Assembly: GCA_965223295.1 (NCBI GenBank)
Contig: CBDCWC010000002.1
Span: 704,001 to 768,000, forward strand
DNA: 64,000 bases
Reading direction: 5' to 3'
Source of the DNA: Nitrospirales bacterium
Lineage (GTDB): Bacteria > Nitrospirota > Nitrospiria > Nitrospirales > UBA8639
Position 1 is the first letter of the stretch, and each line of letters starts with the position of its first letter. Positions 28,500 to 41,728 of the stretch are shown here, piece after piece. The position numbers were made by a program, and so were the translations under genes. Under the pieces are notes generated by a model, which searched no databases, had not been told where the DNA came from, and saw nothing but the letters and a program-made list of their open reading frames with translations.

Positions 28500-29103
28500 T
28501 ATAGTCGATTAACTTTTTATTGATAAGCAAGAAAACCTGATCGAAAGCTTGAGCAAGAGGTCGTTTTGGAGTCATGATTTTACGCACCCGCACTCTAAGC
28601 ATACCCCAATAGTGTTCAATCGGATTGAGATCAGGGGAATACGTGGGCAAGAACTTGAGGGGACAGCCTCTCCTGGCGAGCAGGCTGTAAGTTTTCGGCG
28701 ATTTATGGCACGACGCGTTATCTATGATCACCGTTTGTCCGGGCTTGAGCTCAGAGAGTTACACCTCTTCCACCCACGTATTCAAGACTTGCGTAGCACA
28801 GTACCCTTCAAATCGCATGGAGCCAGCAGAGGGGAACCATTCAAAGCGGCAATGAGACTGATGCGGTGGGCTCGAGTCCCCGAGACTTCACCCATCACTT
28901 TGGTGCCGCGAAGCGCGTGCCCGTATGGACGGTGGAACGAGGCATCAACGCCACTTTCATCTAGGTACACAAGGCTTTTCGGTTCTAACCCTGCCAGCTC
29001 TTTTTGAAACTGACGGCGAGCCGCCTCGTTGCGCTCGCCGTAAAGTACAGTTTTTTTTCGAGTGATCGCCAGACGCTGACAGGTTTTCCAGACGGCACTA
29101 TAG
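28500..29103 (-). mobile_element. IS630-family transposase remnant (5' truncated, frameshift and stop)
   Basis: ITRKK at an A8 run, VYLDESG, IIDNASCHKS, FLPTYSPDLNPIEHYW. Confidence 0.85.
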
Positions 29104-29135
29104 TATTTTAACTTTCAACTGATGTCTCATAAAAT

Positions 29136-29170
29136 TCCTTCTCCTCGAGGGAGAAGGTGAGGGTGAAGAC
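29136..29170 (-). repeat. REP-like palindromic element, copy 2
   Basis: Reverse complement GTCTTCACCCTCACCTTCTCCCTCGAGGAGAAGGA resembles 17595-17637. Confidence 0.45.
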
Positions 29171-29427
29171 CCACTTGTTGATTAAAACACCATAGTAGAG
29201 GCTAAATGACAGGGAATCGAGGAAAATGCTAGAGGGAACCAAACATGACAAATAGCCAAACTGTCTCATAGAAAACTGTGTTATTCATTGATATTGTACC
29301 ATTTTCTGTCAGTTCTGAACCCATGTTTTTAACAAAATTATGAAGTTGCAAAATGAGAAGAGACATCTAATAACGCCTCTTAAAACTTCTCTAGTGCGCT
29401 CGAAGTGACATAGAATCAAATCAACAG

Positions 29428-29778
29428 CTACATAAGCTCTTTCTTTTTGGGTTTGTTAGGGACACAGATGTCGCATTGGCACATGTTGCGAAGAGAGGTA
29501 TAGCTATAAATGCCCGTGTCATGACCATCACTCCATTTGAAACGAAAGGCATAACGTCCGACCGGTTCAATATCTTCTAAGAGGATAAGCAATGGGATCG
29601 AATCGGGCTTGAGACGCCGCTCCCCTGTCCACTCATCTACGCAACCTGCGCATGGACAATGCTGACGAAGATACCGCACAGGGTACACACCTTTATGCCC
29701 ATCACTCCAAGTGATACTCAACACTCCCTTGTCGAGCCATTCCATATCAGTTGGTTCAAGTGATTGTTCCCTTGTCAT
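29428..29778 (-). CDS. DUF971 (GBBH N-terminal-like) protein
   Basis: WSDGH, YLRQHCPCAGC, PVGRYA, WSDGHDTGIYSY. Confidence 0.9.
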   Translation of the reverse strand: MTREQSLEPTDMEWLDKGVLSITWSDGHKGVYPVRYLRQHCPCAGCVDEWTGERRLKPDSIPLLILLEDIEPVGRYAFRFKWSDGHDTGIYSYTSLRNMCQCDICVPNKPKKKELM

Positions 29779-29805
29779 TCTCGCATTTCCTTCTCGGGCA
29801 ATTGC

Positions 29806-30555
29806 CTAAGAGACCCACGGCTCAAATGTGGGAAGCGATTTTCCGACAACTGCATAAAAATAGGCTTCCATCGCCGCTTCAACTTCGACACGCACACTCC
29901 CGATGGCTTTGAGGCGAGACAGGTTCGGCATGGATAGCCGTCGTGCTTGCTCAATAAATGCCACACTGCCTTTCGATAACAACAACATACGACCCACGTC
30001 CCGCGACCCACAATCGCGGCAGACAATGCCTCCAAGGCGTGGAGAAAACCATTGAGAGAGCTGTTGCTGCGCGATCGTTCCACATTCCGTACAGGAATTG
30101 AATTGTGGACGAAATCCCGTATGGCCCAGCACATGTATTTGGAACAAGAGCGCGGTGAGGACCACATCGTCGTCTGACCGCAATGATTCCAGCCCATGAA
30201 CTAGCGCGGCATACATGTTCGGATTGGGGTCACGATCCGCTGTAATGGCGTCAACCATTTTGACCATCCTAGCCGCTGCGGTCATCACAGTTAAATCTTC
30301 TCGAATCGAGGCATAACTTGTCACTAAATCAATTTGACTAATTTGGCCAAGAGACTCCGGTGTTTTTTGAAAAAGAGTCATATCCACCAAACCAAAGGGT
30401 TCCAGAACTCCCCCAAATCGAGTTTTCATCCGTCGGGCTCCACGGGCTACACCCCGCACTTTTCCCAAATTGGGAGAATATACGGTGATGATGCGATCTG
30501 CATCGCCCCATTTTAGGCTTCGAAGAATAATGCCTCTGGTGCGGACTAAGGGCAT
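29806..30555 (-). CDS. recO: DNA repair protein RecO
   Basis: GIILR...WGDADRI...GKVRGVARGARR; Zn finger CTECG...CRDC. Confidence 0.93.
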   Translation of the reverse strand: MPLVRTRGIILRSLKWGDADRIITVYSPNLGKVRGVARGARRMKTRFGGVLEPFGLVDMTLFQKTPESLGQISQIDLVTSYASIREDLTVMTAAARMVKMVDAITADRDPNPNMYAALVHGLESLRSDDDVVLTALLFQIHVLGHTGFRPQFNSCTECGTIAQQQLSQWFSPRLGGIVCRDCGSRDVGRMLLLSKGSVAFIEQARRLSMPNLSRLKAIGSVRVEVEAAMEAYFYAVVGKSLPTFEPWVS

Positions 30556-30713
30556 ATCTCGAATTTAGTGTTGAACGTGTTTGTAAAGTTTCCAAGAGTC
30601 ATTGTTCAACTCAGTGAAAAGTGAGTAACAACAAGCCCGATAATACAGCAATTCATTTTCGTAAGCTCCTGTTTCACCTCTCTCCTCACCACTTAGTTTT
30701 TACTTCTCACTAT

Positions 30714-31610
30714 TCACAAGCCATAGCCTAAATCGGATAAGACGCGTGGATCATCACGCCATCCAGCCTGGACCTTGACCCACATCTCTAAAAAAATTTT
30801 CATCCCAAAGAGGCCTTCCATTTCTTCACGCGCCTGTTGACCGACTTCTTTCAGTCGTCGTCCACCTTTCCCAATAATAATCCCTTTTTGACTCGATTTC
30901 TCAACCATGATCACCGCGTAAATAGTTGTGAGTTTTTTGGTTTCCTCAAATTGCTCAATGAAGACTCCCACGGCATATGGCAATTCAGCATGGGTTGAGG
31001 CCAGGACTTTTTCACGAATAATTTCGCCCGCCATCTGGCGCATGGATTGATTGGTCAAAAAATCTTTGTCATACAATACATCTCCCGAATCTTCCAAACA
31101 GGCAAACGTGAGCTCAACTAATCGAGGGACATTTAATCCTGTTTTGGCTGAAAGCGGGACAATTTCTGTCCATGAATATCGAGTGCGGTACTGTTCTATG
31201 AGAGGCAACAAACGAGACTTCTCCACAGCATCGGCTTTGTTCAAAAGTAGAAAGACCGCTTGAAACGGTTGTTCCTTGTTCGTTTCTTTGACTTGGTCAA
31301 TGACAAATTGATCACCTGGCCCAAGTGGCACTTGACTATCCACAATGACATATACCACATCAGATTCTGTCAAAATGCCCAAGGCAGACTGTACCATTTG
31401 AGCATTGAGTCGATGATGCGGGGTATGCAACCCTGGCGTATCAACCAAGATTAACTGTCCATCGGGATAGTGCCCGACACCCACAATCGGCATTCGGGTA
31501 GTTTGAGGTTTATCAGAAACAATCGCAACTTTTTCTCGCACTAGGGCATTCAGCAAAGTCGACTTGCCCACATTGGGACGACCGAGGATCGCAAGTTGAC
31601 CCGACTTCAT
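30714..31610 (-). CDS. era: GTPase Era
   Basis: GRPNVGKSTL, KPQTTR, DTPG, NKAD, KH domain GIIIGKGG. Confidence 0.95.
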   Translation of the reverse strand: MKSGQLAILGRPNVGKSTLLNALVREKVAIVSDKPQTTRMPIVGVGHYPDGQLILVDTPGLHTPHHRLNAQMVQSALGILTESDVVYVIVDSQVPLGPGDQFVIDQVKETNKEQPFQAVFLLLNKADAVEKSRLLPLIEQYRTRYSWTEIVPLSAKTGLNVPRLVELTFACLEDSGDVLYDKDFLTNQSMRQMAGEIIREKVLASTHAELPYAVGVFIEQFEETKKLTTIYAVIMVEKSSQKGIIIGKGGRRLKEVGQQAREEMEGLFGMKIFLEMWVKVQAGWRDDPRVLSDLGYGL

Positions 31611-31695
31611 AAGAGGAATCTGGAGTAGGAAAAGAAAAAATGGCTCTTAGATAAACGCCTCTGAGGATAAAAAAAGGGAGAGGGTAACACTCAGA

Positions 31696-32049
31696 CTACG
31701 GCCTGGCCGTCAGAGAAGAGGGCGAGGGCTCGACAAACTGATACACTTTTTCACCGGGACGAACCATACCCAATCGATCTCTCGCAAGTTCTTCCAATCG
31801 CTGGGGATCATGTTGGATACGAGTGATATCCCCTTGCATAGCCGCATTCATATACTCTAATTGCTCAATCTGCTTCACGAGATATTGACGGTTCTCCCGC
31901 ATCTTAAAATACCGTGGCAATCCATCTTCACTAAAAAACATGGTTCCTGCCAGCATGCTCATGATAAAAAATGCACCGACTACCGGAAGCCGGCAACCCA
32001 GATCTCCCCAAAATCCACGCGACACTCGCTTTTTATTATTGGGACGCAC
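31696..32049 (-). CDS. ftsB: septum formation initiator FtsB/DivIC
   Basis: TM segment, coiled coil, LEELARDRLGMVRPGE; downstream of eno. Confidence 0.85.
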   Translation of the reverse strand: MRPNNKKRVSRGFWGDLGCRLPVVGAFFIMSMLAGTMFFSEDGLPRYFKMRENRQYLVKQIEQLEYMNAAMQGDITRIQHDPQRLEELARDRLGMVRPGEKVYQFVEPSPSSLTARP

Positions 32050-32054
32050 TGTGC

Positions 32055-34839
<2,785 letters not shown>

Positions 34840-34879
34840 GACTAGTAAAGGGATTCGTGTTACAGAAATTTACACGAAA

Positions 34880-35191
34880 CTAATCGAGTGAATTCATCTC
34901 TCGCTCACGACGCATAGCATCTCGTCCAGCTTCTAACGCCTCCCGCACGGCACACGAGACTTCGTCTACGAACTCTCGACCACGCCCGACAGCCTCTTCA
35001 ACAGTATCTGTGGCGCGGTCTTTGAAATCTCGCAGACCTTCAGTTTGACGTCGCGCATAGCCTGTGATACGTCCACGAGATTCGCGTCCGGCTTGGGGAG
35101 CAAACACGACCGCAGTCACCGCCCCTAACAATGCTCCACTTAAAAATGCTAATGCCACCGATCCTGCAGAAGCTCCAGAATTAGTCGCCAT
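34880..35191 (-). CDS. YtxH domain-containing protein
   Basis: AFLSGALLGAVTAVVFAPQAGRESR. Confidence 0.85.
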   Translation of the reverse strand: MATNSGASAGSVALAFLSGALLGAVTAVVFAPQAGRESRGRITGYARRQTEGLRDFKDRATDTVEEAVGRGREFVDEVSCAVREALEAGRDAMRREREMNSLD

Positions 35192-35597
35192 AAGAATGCC
35201 CTCCTTCTTTGCCTTTTGGTTCTTTATTCACTCGGTGCTTCACAGTTGACGTGACAGCTTTAATCCCTGCAAGAAGACTGGTTATGCCAACCATAAGGTT
35301 CCCGCCTTTCCCACGCACTGTTTGATGAACTTGGTTCACCGTTTGCCCCACATCACCCACAGCATCTAAGAACAAGGTCGCACGATCAACGCTGACCCGG
35401 GCTTGCTCGGTGATGATACGAATATTTTCATTCGTGCCTTTCACTTCTTTTAACATTCCTGGTAGCTCGTGATTCAGACGAATCAGGAGGCGTTCTGATT
35501 GGCCCACCGTTCGCTTGACCTGTAAGATGGTCGGAACCAGATACCCCACCAACACGACCACAGCCACTGCAATGATCATCACGGCCAAATCCATCAT
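35181..35597 (-). CDS. DUF948 (YoxC-like) protein
   Basis: N-terminal TM segment then coiled coil; paired with ytxH. Confidence 0.8.
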   Translation of the reverse strand: MMDLAVMIIAVAVVVLVGYLVPTILQVKRTVGQSERLLIRLNHELPGMLKEVKGTNENIRIITEQARVSVDRATLFLDAVGDVGQTVNQVHQTVRGKGGNLMVGITSLLAGIKAVTSTVKHRVNKEPKGKEGGHSYGD

Positions 35598-35612
35598 ACG
35601 TTCCTTATCCTT

Positions 35613-37085
35613 TCAGGACCGAATCACCGGCCGCTTACTGCGCCAGTTCGTCGCATGTTCATAAGCATAGGCCACGCGAAGAACAATATTTTCCTCAAAC
35701 GGGCGACCCATGAGTTGCAGGCCAATCGGCAGACCTATCGAGCTGAACCCACAAGGGACAGAAATAGCCGGCAACCCGGCTAAACTGGCTGGGATTGTAT
35801 ACATATCGGACAAGTACATTTGCAGGGGATCTTCTAATCGTTCTCCAAGAGGAAATGCGGGCGTGGGCATCACCGGGCTCACCAAAATATCCACGTCTTG
35901 AAAGGCCTCGTTAAAATCACGTTGAATCATCGTCCGCACCGCTTGGGCCTTTCCGTAATAGGCATCATAGTAACCCGCGCTGAGCGCGTAGGTTCCCAGC
36001 ATGATACGGCGTTTCACCTCAGGGCCAAACCCTTGTGAACGGGTGCTGTGATACATCTCTACCAATTCTTTAGATTCTTTGGCCCGAAACCCGTACTTGG
36101 CTCCGTCATACCGCGCAAGATTCGAACTCGCTTCAGCCGTGGCAATGAGATAATACGTGGCGATGGCTCGTTCCGTCGAAGGCAATGTGACTTCTTGAAT
36201 TTTGCCGCCGATGTCTTCTAGCACGCCAATGGCTTCTTGAATCTTTTCGTTGACCTCGGGATCCAGACCTTCCGCAAAATATTCCCGAGGCACTCCAATA
36301 ACCAGTTTTTTGATATCCTTTTTTTTGGTCGATTTGGTGAAGTCCGGCGCATCTCGTCTCGCTGAAGTCGAATCCAAATGATCATACCCAACAAGCGTAT
36401 TGAGCATGATGGCGGCATCGGTCACCGTTTTCGTAATGGGCCCAATTTGATCCAGGGAAGAGGCAAAGGCCACCAAACCATAGCGAGAAACCCGTCCATA
36501 CGTAGGCTTCAGTCCCACCACCCCGCAACATGCAGCCGGTTGACGGATAGACCCGCCGGTATCTGAGCCTAAGGCCGCCACGCATTCGTCTGCTGCCACC
36601 GCCGCTGCCGACCCTCCACTCGATCCTCCAGGAATATGTTTTTGATTCCATGGATTTCTCGAAGGACCAAAGGCCGAATGTTCGGTCGAGGACCCCATCG
36701 CAAATTCGTCTAAATTCGTTTTGCCAAGAATCAATGGTTGTTGAGAATGCAATTTAGACATGACCGTTGCATCATAGGGAGGAACAAAATGCTCCAGCAT
36801 CCGTGATCCGCAAGTCGTGCGCATCCCCTTGGTACAAATATTATCTTTAATTCCCAGTGGCATAGCCATGAGCGGTTCGGTTTTGCGCCACGCCTTTAAT
36901 CCATCATCAATGGCTTGTGCGTTGGCTAGCAATTCATCTCGAGGCGTGACAGAAATATAGGATTTGATTTTAGGTTCAACTTGACCGATTCGCAGTAAGT
37001 AGGCCCTGGCAATTTCGCCTGCCGAAATTTCACCACCGGTAAACTTATCCTGTAACTCTTTTAATGTGAGCTTAAATAACGCCAT
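35613..37085 (-). CDS. gatA: Asp/Glu-tRNA amidotransferase subunit A
   Basis: Amidase signature GGSSGGSAAAV...GSDTGGSIRQPA; FGPEVKRRIMLG. Confidence 0.97.
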   Translation of the reverse strand: MALFKLTLKELQDKFTGGEISAGEIARAYLLRIGQVEPKIKSYISVTPRDELLANAQAIDDGLKAWRKTEPLMAMPLGIKDNICTKGMRTTCGSRMLEHFVPPYDATVMSKLHSQQPLILGKTNLDEFAMGSSTEHSAFGPSRNPWNQKHIPGGSSGGSAAAVAADECVAALGSDTGGSIRQPAACCGVVGLKPTYGRVSRYGLVAFASSLDQIGPITKTVTDAAIMLNTLVGYDHLDSTSARRDAPDFTKSTKKKDIKKLVIGVPREYFAEGLDPEVNEKIQEAIGVLEDIGGKIQEVTLPSTERAIATYYLIATAEASSNLARYDGAKYGFRAKESKELVEMYHSTRSQGFGPEVKRRIMLGTYALSAGYYDAYYGKAQAVRTMIQRDFNEAFQDVDILVSPVMPTPAFPLGERLEDPLQMYLSDMYTIPASLAGLPAISVPCGFSSIGLPIGLQLMGRPFEENIVLRVAYAYEHATNWRSKRPVIRS

Positions 37086-37137
37086 GAGAACTGGAAACCT
37101 TTAGAGTTGAGCAAACGCAGGGGGCTGCAGAGATATG

Positions 37138-37500
37138 TCAATGAGATTTCGTCTCACGAATGGCATTTCGTTCATCAACCTGAATGACTTTGGGAACATG
37201 CCGTTTGGCCTCATCGTCTTTAAAAAATTCATAGCAAAAAATAATAATCATATCGCCCGTCACGCCTTTTCGAGCGGTTGGACCGTTAAGAATGATCTCT
37301 CCTTTGCCGCGGGTCCCAGGAAGCGCATAGGTGGAAAAGCGTTCGCCGTTATTCAGATTTGAAACCATCACCAGCTCATAGGGTAAAATACCCGCATGAT
37401 CCATCAGCTCCTCATCAATGGTCATGCTGCCTTCATATTCCAGATTCGATTCTGTCACGGTGGCCCGATGAATTTTACAACGAAGTAATTGCCTATACAT
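37138..37500 (-). CDS. panD: aspartate 1-decarboxylase
   Basis: KIHRATVT...YEGS (pyruvoyl cleavage site), NGERFSTY, LNGPTAR. Confidence 0.95.
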   Translation of the reverse strand: MYRQLLRCKIHRATVTESNLEYEGSMTIDEELMDHAGILPYELVMVSNLNNGERFSTYALPGTRGKGEIILNGPTARKGVTGDMIIIFCYEFFKDDEAKRHVPKVIQVDERNAIRETKSH

Positions 37501-37557
37501 AACCAGATCCTATCTATTCTTTATGGTCCTTGGAAACAACCAAGCACCCATATTCAC

Positions 37558-37854
37558 CTATTTCCCGATAATTTTAGGCACCACGAAAAATCCATTATAG
37601 GCCTCGGGAGCATTGCTCAAGACCTGGTCCTGCGACAACCCTTCTCGTGGAACGTCCTCTCGCAAAACCAGCTCTTGATCTGCAACCGAAGCGGTTGGAG
37701 GAATTCCCTCGGTCGAGACCCCTTGCAATTGCTCTACAAAGGTCAGGATCTGACTAAGCTGTTCACCAAATAGCGTTTTTTCAGGTTCCGTTAGATCTAG
37801 CTTGGCTAACTGTGCCACATGCTCAACTTCTTTTTGAGAAATATCTGCCATCAC
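37558..37854 (-). CDS. gatC: Asp/Glu-tRNA amidotransferase subunit C
   Basis: VEHVAQLAKL...LREDV...NAP...FFVVPKII. Confidence 0.95.
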   Translation of the reverse strand: MMADISQKEVEHVAQLAKLDLTEPEKTLFGEQLSQILTFVEQLQGVSTEGIPPTASVADQELVLREDVPREGLSQDQVLSNAPEAYNGFFVVPKIIGK

Positions 37855-37975
37855 AATTCCTGTATATTTTTTGCCGACGGATGTCGATTAGAGGGAATGA
37901 TATGTATTTTTACCATGAAATTCTCAATGAAAGCTACATTGTAGAGTATTGGGTAGAAAAGAGAACACCTGAGTT

Positions 37976-38710
37976 TCATTGTCCTAGCTGTGATCTTGCT
38001 GATGACGATCCAGGTGCTAACAAACCCTCATCTGCAAAACACACGTATTTCCCATCCCCAATGACGATATGGTCCAATACGCGAATACCTAAAATTTCGC
38101 CAGCCGTCATCAACCGATGAGTCAGGACATGGTCTTCTTGGCTTGGTTGCGGGTCACCGCTGGGATGATTATGGACAAAAATAATCGCTGCTGCTGATTC
38201 TCGTACGGCACGGTTAAAGACCTCACGCGGATGGACAATGCTGACCGTCAAACTGCCTTGAGACACGGTAAAATCTCCAATGAGCTTATGCTTCGCATCT
38301 AGTAGAACAGCTTTAAACACCTCATGCCGCAAATCACGCAATAAGGGATAATAATGTTGAAAAATATGCTGGCTTCCTTGAATCCGTTTTCCGTTCGTCA
38401 ACGGCATGGCTAAAGCCCGTTTGCCCAATTCGACCGCAGCAAGAATTTGCGCCGCTTTCGCAGGCCCAATGCCCGGAATGGCACAAAGTTCTTCCAAACT
38501 CCGATTGGCCAAACCTCGCAAGCCATCTAATTGAGTTAAGAGATCCATCGCCACCTCGACCGCAGAAGAATCAGGACGCCCAATGCGAAGGAGAATCGCT
38601 AAAAGTTGCGCATCAGATAAGCTTTGTGGACCTTGAGACAGGAGAAGTTCACGCGGGCGTTCTTGTTCCGGCCAGGATTGAATGCCTTTTTTTGTCTGCT
38701 CGGCTTTCAT
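37976..38710 (-). CDS. radC: RadC/JAB domain protein
   Basis: ERPRE, IPGIGPAKA, VHPREVF, HNHPSGDPQPSQED, LDHIVIG. Confidence 0.93.
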   Translation of the reverse strand: MKAEQTKKGIQSWPEQERPRELLLSQGPQSLSDAQLLAILLRIGRPDSSAVEVAMDLLTQLDGLRGLANRSLEELCAIPGIGPAKAAQILAAVELGKRALAMPLTNGKRIQGSQHIFQHYYPLLRDLRHEVFKAVLLDAKHKLIGDFTVSQGSLTVSIVHPREVFNRAVRESAAAIIFVHNHPSGDPQPSQEDHVLTHRLMTAGEILGIRVLDHIVIGDGKYVCFADEGLLAPGSSSARSQLGQ

Positions 38711-38853
38711 GGTAGGTTCTCTGAACGAAGTCTATCAATATAATTACTTTCACTATACGCAGCATATTTTCAGTCCGTCAAAATACCGCTGTCAGGCACG
38801 TAAATTCGCCCAATTGTTGAGGTTTTGCTGGTTATGCTATCGTCTTCATCATC

Positions 38854-39456
38854 ATGGAACTCTCATCGATCCGAATCATTACTGGACAATTGAAAGGACG
38901 AAAAGTCCCCACCATACAAGGACACAATATCCGGCCAACCTCCCTGCGGGCGCGGGAAGCCTTATTTTCCATCTTGGGGTCAAAGATCTCAGGCGCATGT
39001 GTCGCCGATCTCTGTGCCGGAAGTGGAGCGATTGGACTAGAGGCGTTAAGCCGCGGAGCGACCAGAGTCGTCTTTGTCGAACAGAATCCCATGGCTGGGG
39101 AACTTCTGCTCAATACGGTGAAACAATTTCGGATGGAGACACAGAGCCGGGTCCTGATTCAGGATGTCGTACTCGCCATCCAAAACCCCATTTTGGTAGG
39201 ATGGCAACCGTTTGATGTATTGTACATTGACCCTCCGTATCGATTTGAACACAGTCACCACCTTCTCACACAGATTGAACACGCCAAGTTAGTCGCCCAA
39301 TCCGGCCAAATTATTTATGAACATTTTTCTAAAGCAAGCCCCCCATTAGCCATTGGCCAATGGGTTCTAACCAGAACAGCAAAGTATGGCGATACCGCCC
39401 TGACCTTCTATCAACTAGATTCTCAAACTAGTCCGATAGCACCAACTCAGGCATAA
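38854..39456 (+). CDS. rsmD: 16S rRNA m2G966 methyltransferase
   Basis: RIITG, RPT, DLCAGSGAIGLEALSRGA, DPPY. Confidence 0.93.
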   Translation: MELSSIRIITGQLKGRKVPTIQGHNIRPTSLRAREALFSILGSKISGACVADLCAGSGAIGLEALSRGATRVVFVEQNPMAGELLLNTVKQFRMETQSRVLIQDVVLAIQNPILVGWQPFDVLYIDPPYRFEHSHHLLTQIEHAKLVAQSGQIIYEHFSKASPPLAIGQWVLTRTAKYGDTALTFYQLDSQTSPIAPTQA

Positions 39457-39459
39457 CAT

Positions 39460-39948
39460 ATGACCATTGGCATTTATCCCGGTACCTTTGACCCGATCAC
39501 CCGAGGCCATGCTGACGTGATTGCCCGTAGTCTTCATGTCGTCCAAGAAGTCGTCGTCGCTGTGGCCCCCAATCCTCGTAAAGCCCCATTGTTTAATTTG
39601 AAGGAACGCGTTGAACTGGCTAAAATTGTGACCAGAGATCTCACTGGAGTCGTGGTGGAGCCCTTTGATGGCTTACTCGTGGATTACGTCCGTCGTCGAG
39701 GGGCCCAGGCCATCATCCGTGGACTGCGTGCCGTGTCTGACTTTGAACATGAATTCCAGATGGCCTTAGTTAATCGAAAATTGGACCAGAATTTAGAAAC
39801 CATGTTTTTGATGGCCAGTGAAGAATATTCGTATTTAACGTCTAGTATGGTCAAAGAAGTGGCCTCCGTCGGCGGCCCCCTTCATGACTTTTTACACCCT
39901 GAGGTTGCCGAACGCTTGAAAGCTCAATTGCGATTGACTCAATCATGA
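39460..39948 (+). CDS. coaD: phosphopantetheine adenylyltransferase
   Basis: YPGTFDPITRGH, IRGLRAVSDFEHE, SSMVKEVA. Confidence 0.95.
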   Translation: MTIGIYPGTFDPITRGHADVIARSLHVVQEVVVAVAPNPRKAPLFNLKERVELAKIVTRDLTGVVVEPFDGLLVDYVRRRGAQAIIRGLRAVSDFEHEFQMALVNRKLDQNLETMFLMASEEYSYLTSSMVKEVASVGGPLHDFLHPEVAERLKAQLRLTQS

Positions 39949-41138
39949 AACTTGCCACTCGTACAACACGGATCACGCCTTCGCCAACATTACAACTCTC
40001 CGCCACAGTGAAATCCTTAGTGGCTCAAGGGCAACGAGTCTTTGATTTTACCGCAGGCGAACCTTCTTTTGACTCTCCTGATATGGCTAAAAACGCAGCC
40101 ATTACTGCCATACAAGAGGGATTTACCAAATACACCGCGGTGACAGGCATTGATGAACTGAAGGATGCCATCATTGAAAAATTTCGACGCGATCAAGGCC
40201 TCACCTATTCCCGGTCACAGATTGTGGTGTCCTGTGGAGCCAAACATACGCTGTTCAATTTAGCCCTCACTCTGTTTGAAGCTGGAGATGAGGTGATTAT
40301 TCCCGCGCCCTACTGGGTCTCCTATCCAGAACAAATTCTTGTGGCAGATGCCACGCCAGTATTTTTGCCAACATCCGAATCAGAACATTTCGCCATTGAT
40401 CTGGACACCTTACAAAGTCTCATCACGCCACGAACAAAGGCGATTATTCTCAATTCACCTTGCAATCCCACTGGCAGTATGTACAACCGAGAAACGCTTG
40501 AAGGGATTGCCGCCCTCGCGCTTCAGCACAATTTGCTGGTGATTTCTGATGAAATTTATGAACAGATGGTCTATGACCACCATCAACATTACTCCATTGC
40601 CACCATCCACCCTGACATGATCGACCACACGATCATTGTGAATGGTGTTTCAAAAACCTACTCGATGACGGGTTGGCGAATTGGCTATGCGGCCGGGCCT
40701 GAATCAATACTGAAACCAATGGGAACTATCCAAAGCCAAAGTACCTCTAATCCCAGCTCAATTTCTCAGAAAGCTGCAGTCGGTGCTCTCTTAGGAGGAG
40801 ACTCCTTTATCACCCATATGGTCAAGGAATTCGATGCACGGCGAAAAGCCATCGTGACAGGATTCAACCGAATTGCCGGCATCCACTGCCCCATGCCTGC
40901 AGGAGCCTTTTATGCTTTTCCCAATGTGTCTGGGTTGTTAGGTCGACGCTTCGAGGGAAAGACCCTATCGACCCCTTTTGATCTGGCCACATTTTTTCTG
41001 GATGAAGCCAAGGTGGCTTGTGTGCCGGGAGAACCATTTGGCACAACGGCTCATCTCCGGTTTTCTTATACCGGGACATTGCCGGCCATCGAGGAAGGCC
41101 TACACCATCTGGCGCAGGCCATTTCAAAACTTGAATAG
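39945..41138 (+). CDS. class I PLP-dependent (aspartate) aminotransferase
   Basis: NSPCNPTG, SDEIYE, SKTYSMTGWRIG. Confidence 0.92.
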   Translation: MKLATRTTRITPSPTLQLSATVKSLVAQGQRVFDFTAGEPSFDSPDMAKNAAITAIQEGFTKYTAVTGIDELKDAIIEKFRRDQGLTYSRSQIVVSCGAKHTLFNLALTLFEAGDEVIIPAPYWVSYPEQILVADATPVFLPTSESEHFAIDLDTLQSLITPRTKAIILNSPCNPTGSMYNRETLEGIAALALQHNLLVISDEIYEQMVYDHHQHYSIATIHPDMIDHTIIVNGVSKTYSMTGWRIGYAAGPESILKPMGTIQSQSTSNPSSISQKAAVGALLGGDSFITHMVKEFDARRKAIVTGFNRIAGIHCPMPAGAFYAFPNVSGLLGRRFEGKTLSTPFDLATFFLDEAKVACVPGEPFGTTAHLRFSYTGTLPAIEEGLHHLAQAISKLE

Positions 41139-41277
41139 TGGTTATTCTCTGTATATGAGATTAGAATATTACCTAAAAATGATCCCTATTTCCCTTGACC
41201 TTGAGAAAAGATATCTTATCTAGACTATGTATTTTCGCCTTATAATATTGACCCCAGTTTGATGGAGGAAGTTTCCG

Positions 41278-41718
41278 GTGCCGATTTACGAATATGAATG
41301 TACCAGTTGCCAAAAGCGATTTGAGCTTCAACAAAAAATGACTGACCCCTCAATTCAAACCTGTGATCAATTGGGATGCGCAGAAGCCAAACCCGTCAAT
41401 AAAGTGATTTCCGCTCCTGCCATTATGTTCAAGGGAACTGGCTGGTATGTGACGGATTATTCCGATAAGCTCAAGGACCCCCAATCAAAATCTGAGAATA
41501 AAGGCGAAAAAACAGAAGTCGGCAATTCGACCACTTCCTCTGAAACTAAAGGAACGGCCGAGAGCAAACCCAGTAGTGAGGGTTCAGCAAGTAAAGAAAG
41601 TGGCAGTACTTCTCAGTCTTCAACAAATTCCTCGGGTACGTCGAGTTCCTCAAGCTCTTCCTCATCGGAATCAAGCACAACTTCTTCTACGCCGTCCAGT
41701 TCAAAATCCGACAAGTGA
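41278..41718 (+). CDS. FmdB-family zinc-ribbon protein with Ser-rich tail
   Basis: MPIYEYECTSC...FKGTGWYVTDY; GGAGG RBS. Confidence 0.9.
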   Translation: MPIYEYECTSCQKRFELQQKMTDPSIQTCDQLGCAEAKPVNKVISAPAIMFKGTGWYVTDYSDKLKDPQSKSENKGEKTEVGNSTTSSETKGTAESKPSSEGSASKESGSTSQSSTNSSGTSSSSSSSSSESSTTSSTPSSSKSDK

Positions 41719-41728
41719 CTCCCAAGAT

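Noticed and set aside
28549-29007. 152-aa plus-strand ORF
   Set aside because: Antisense shadow of the IS630 remnant
38682-39215. 177-aa ORF overlapping rsmD
   Set aside because: Alternative frame over a well-supported gene, with no motifs
41500-41715. Ser/Thr-rich low-complexity tract as a tandem repeat
   Set aside because: Ordinary disordered tail of an FmdB-family protein with no periodic DNA unit
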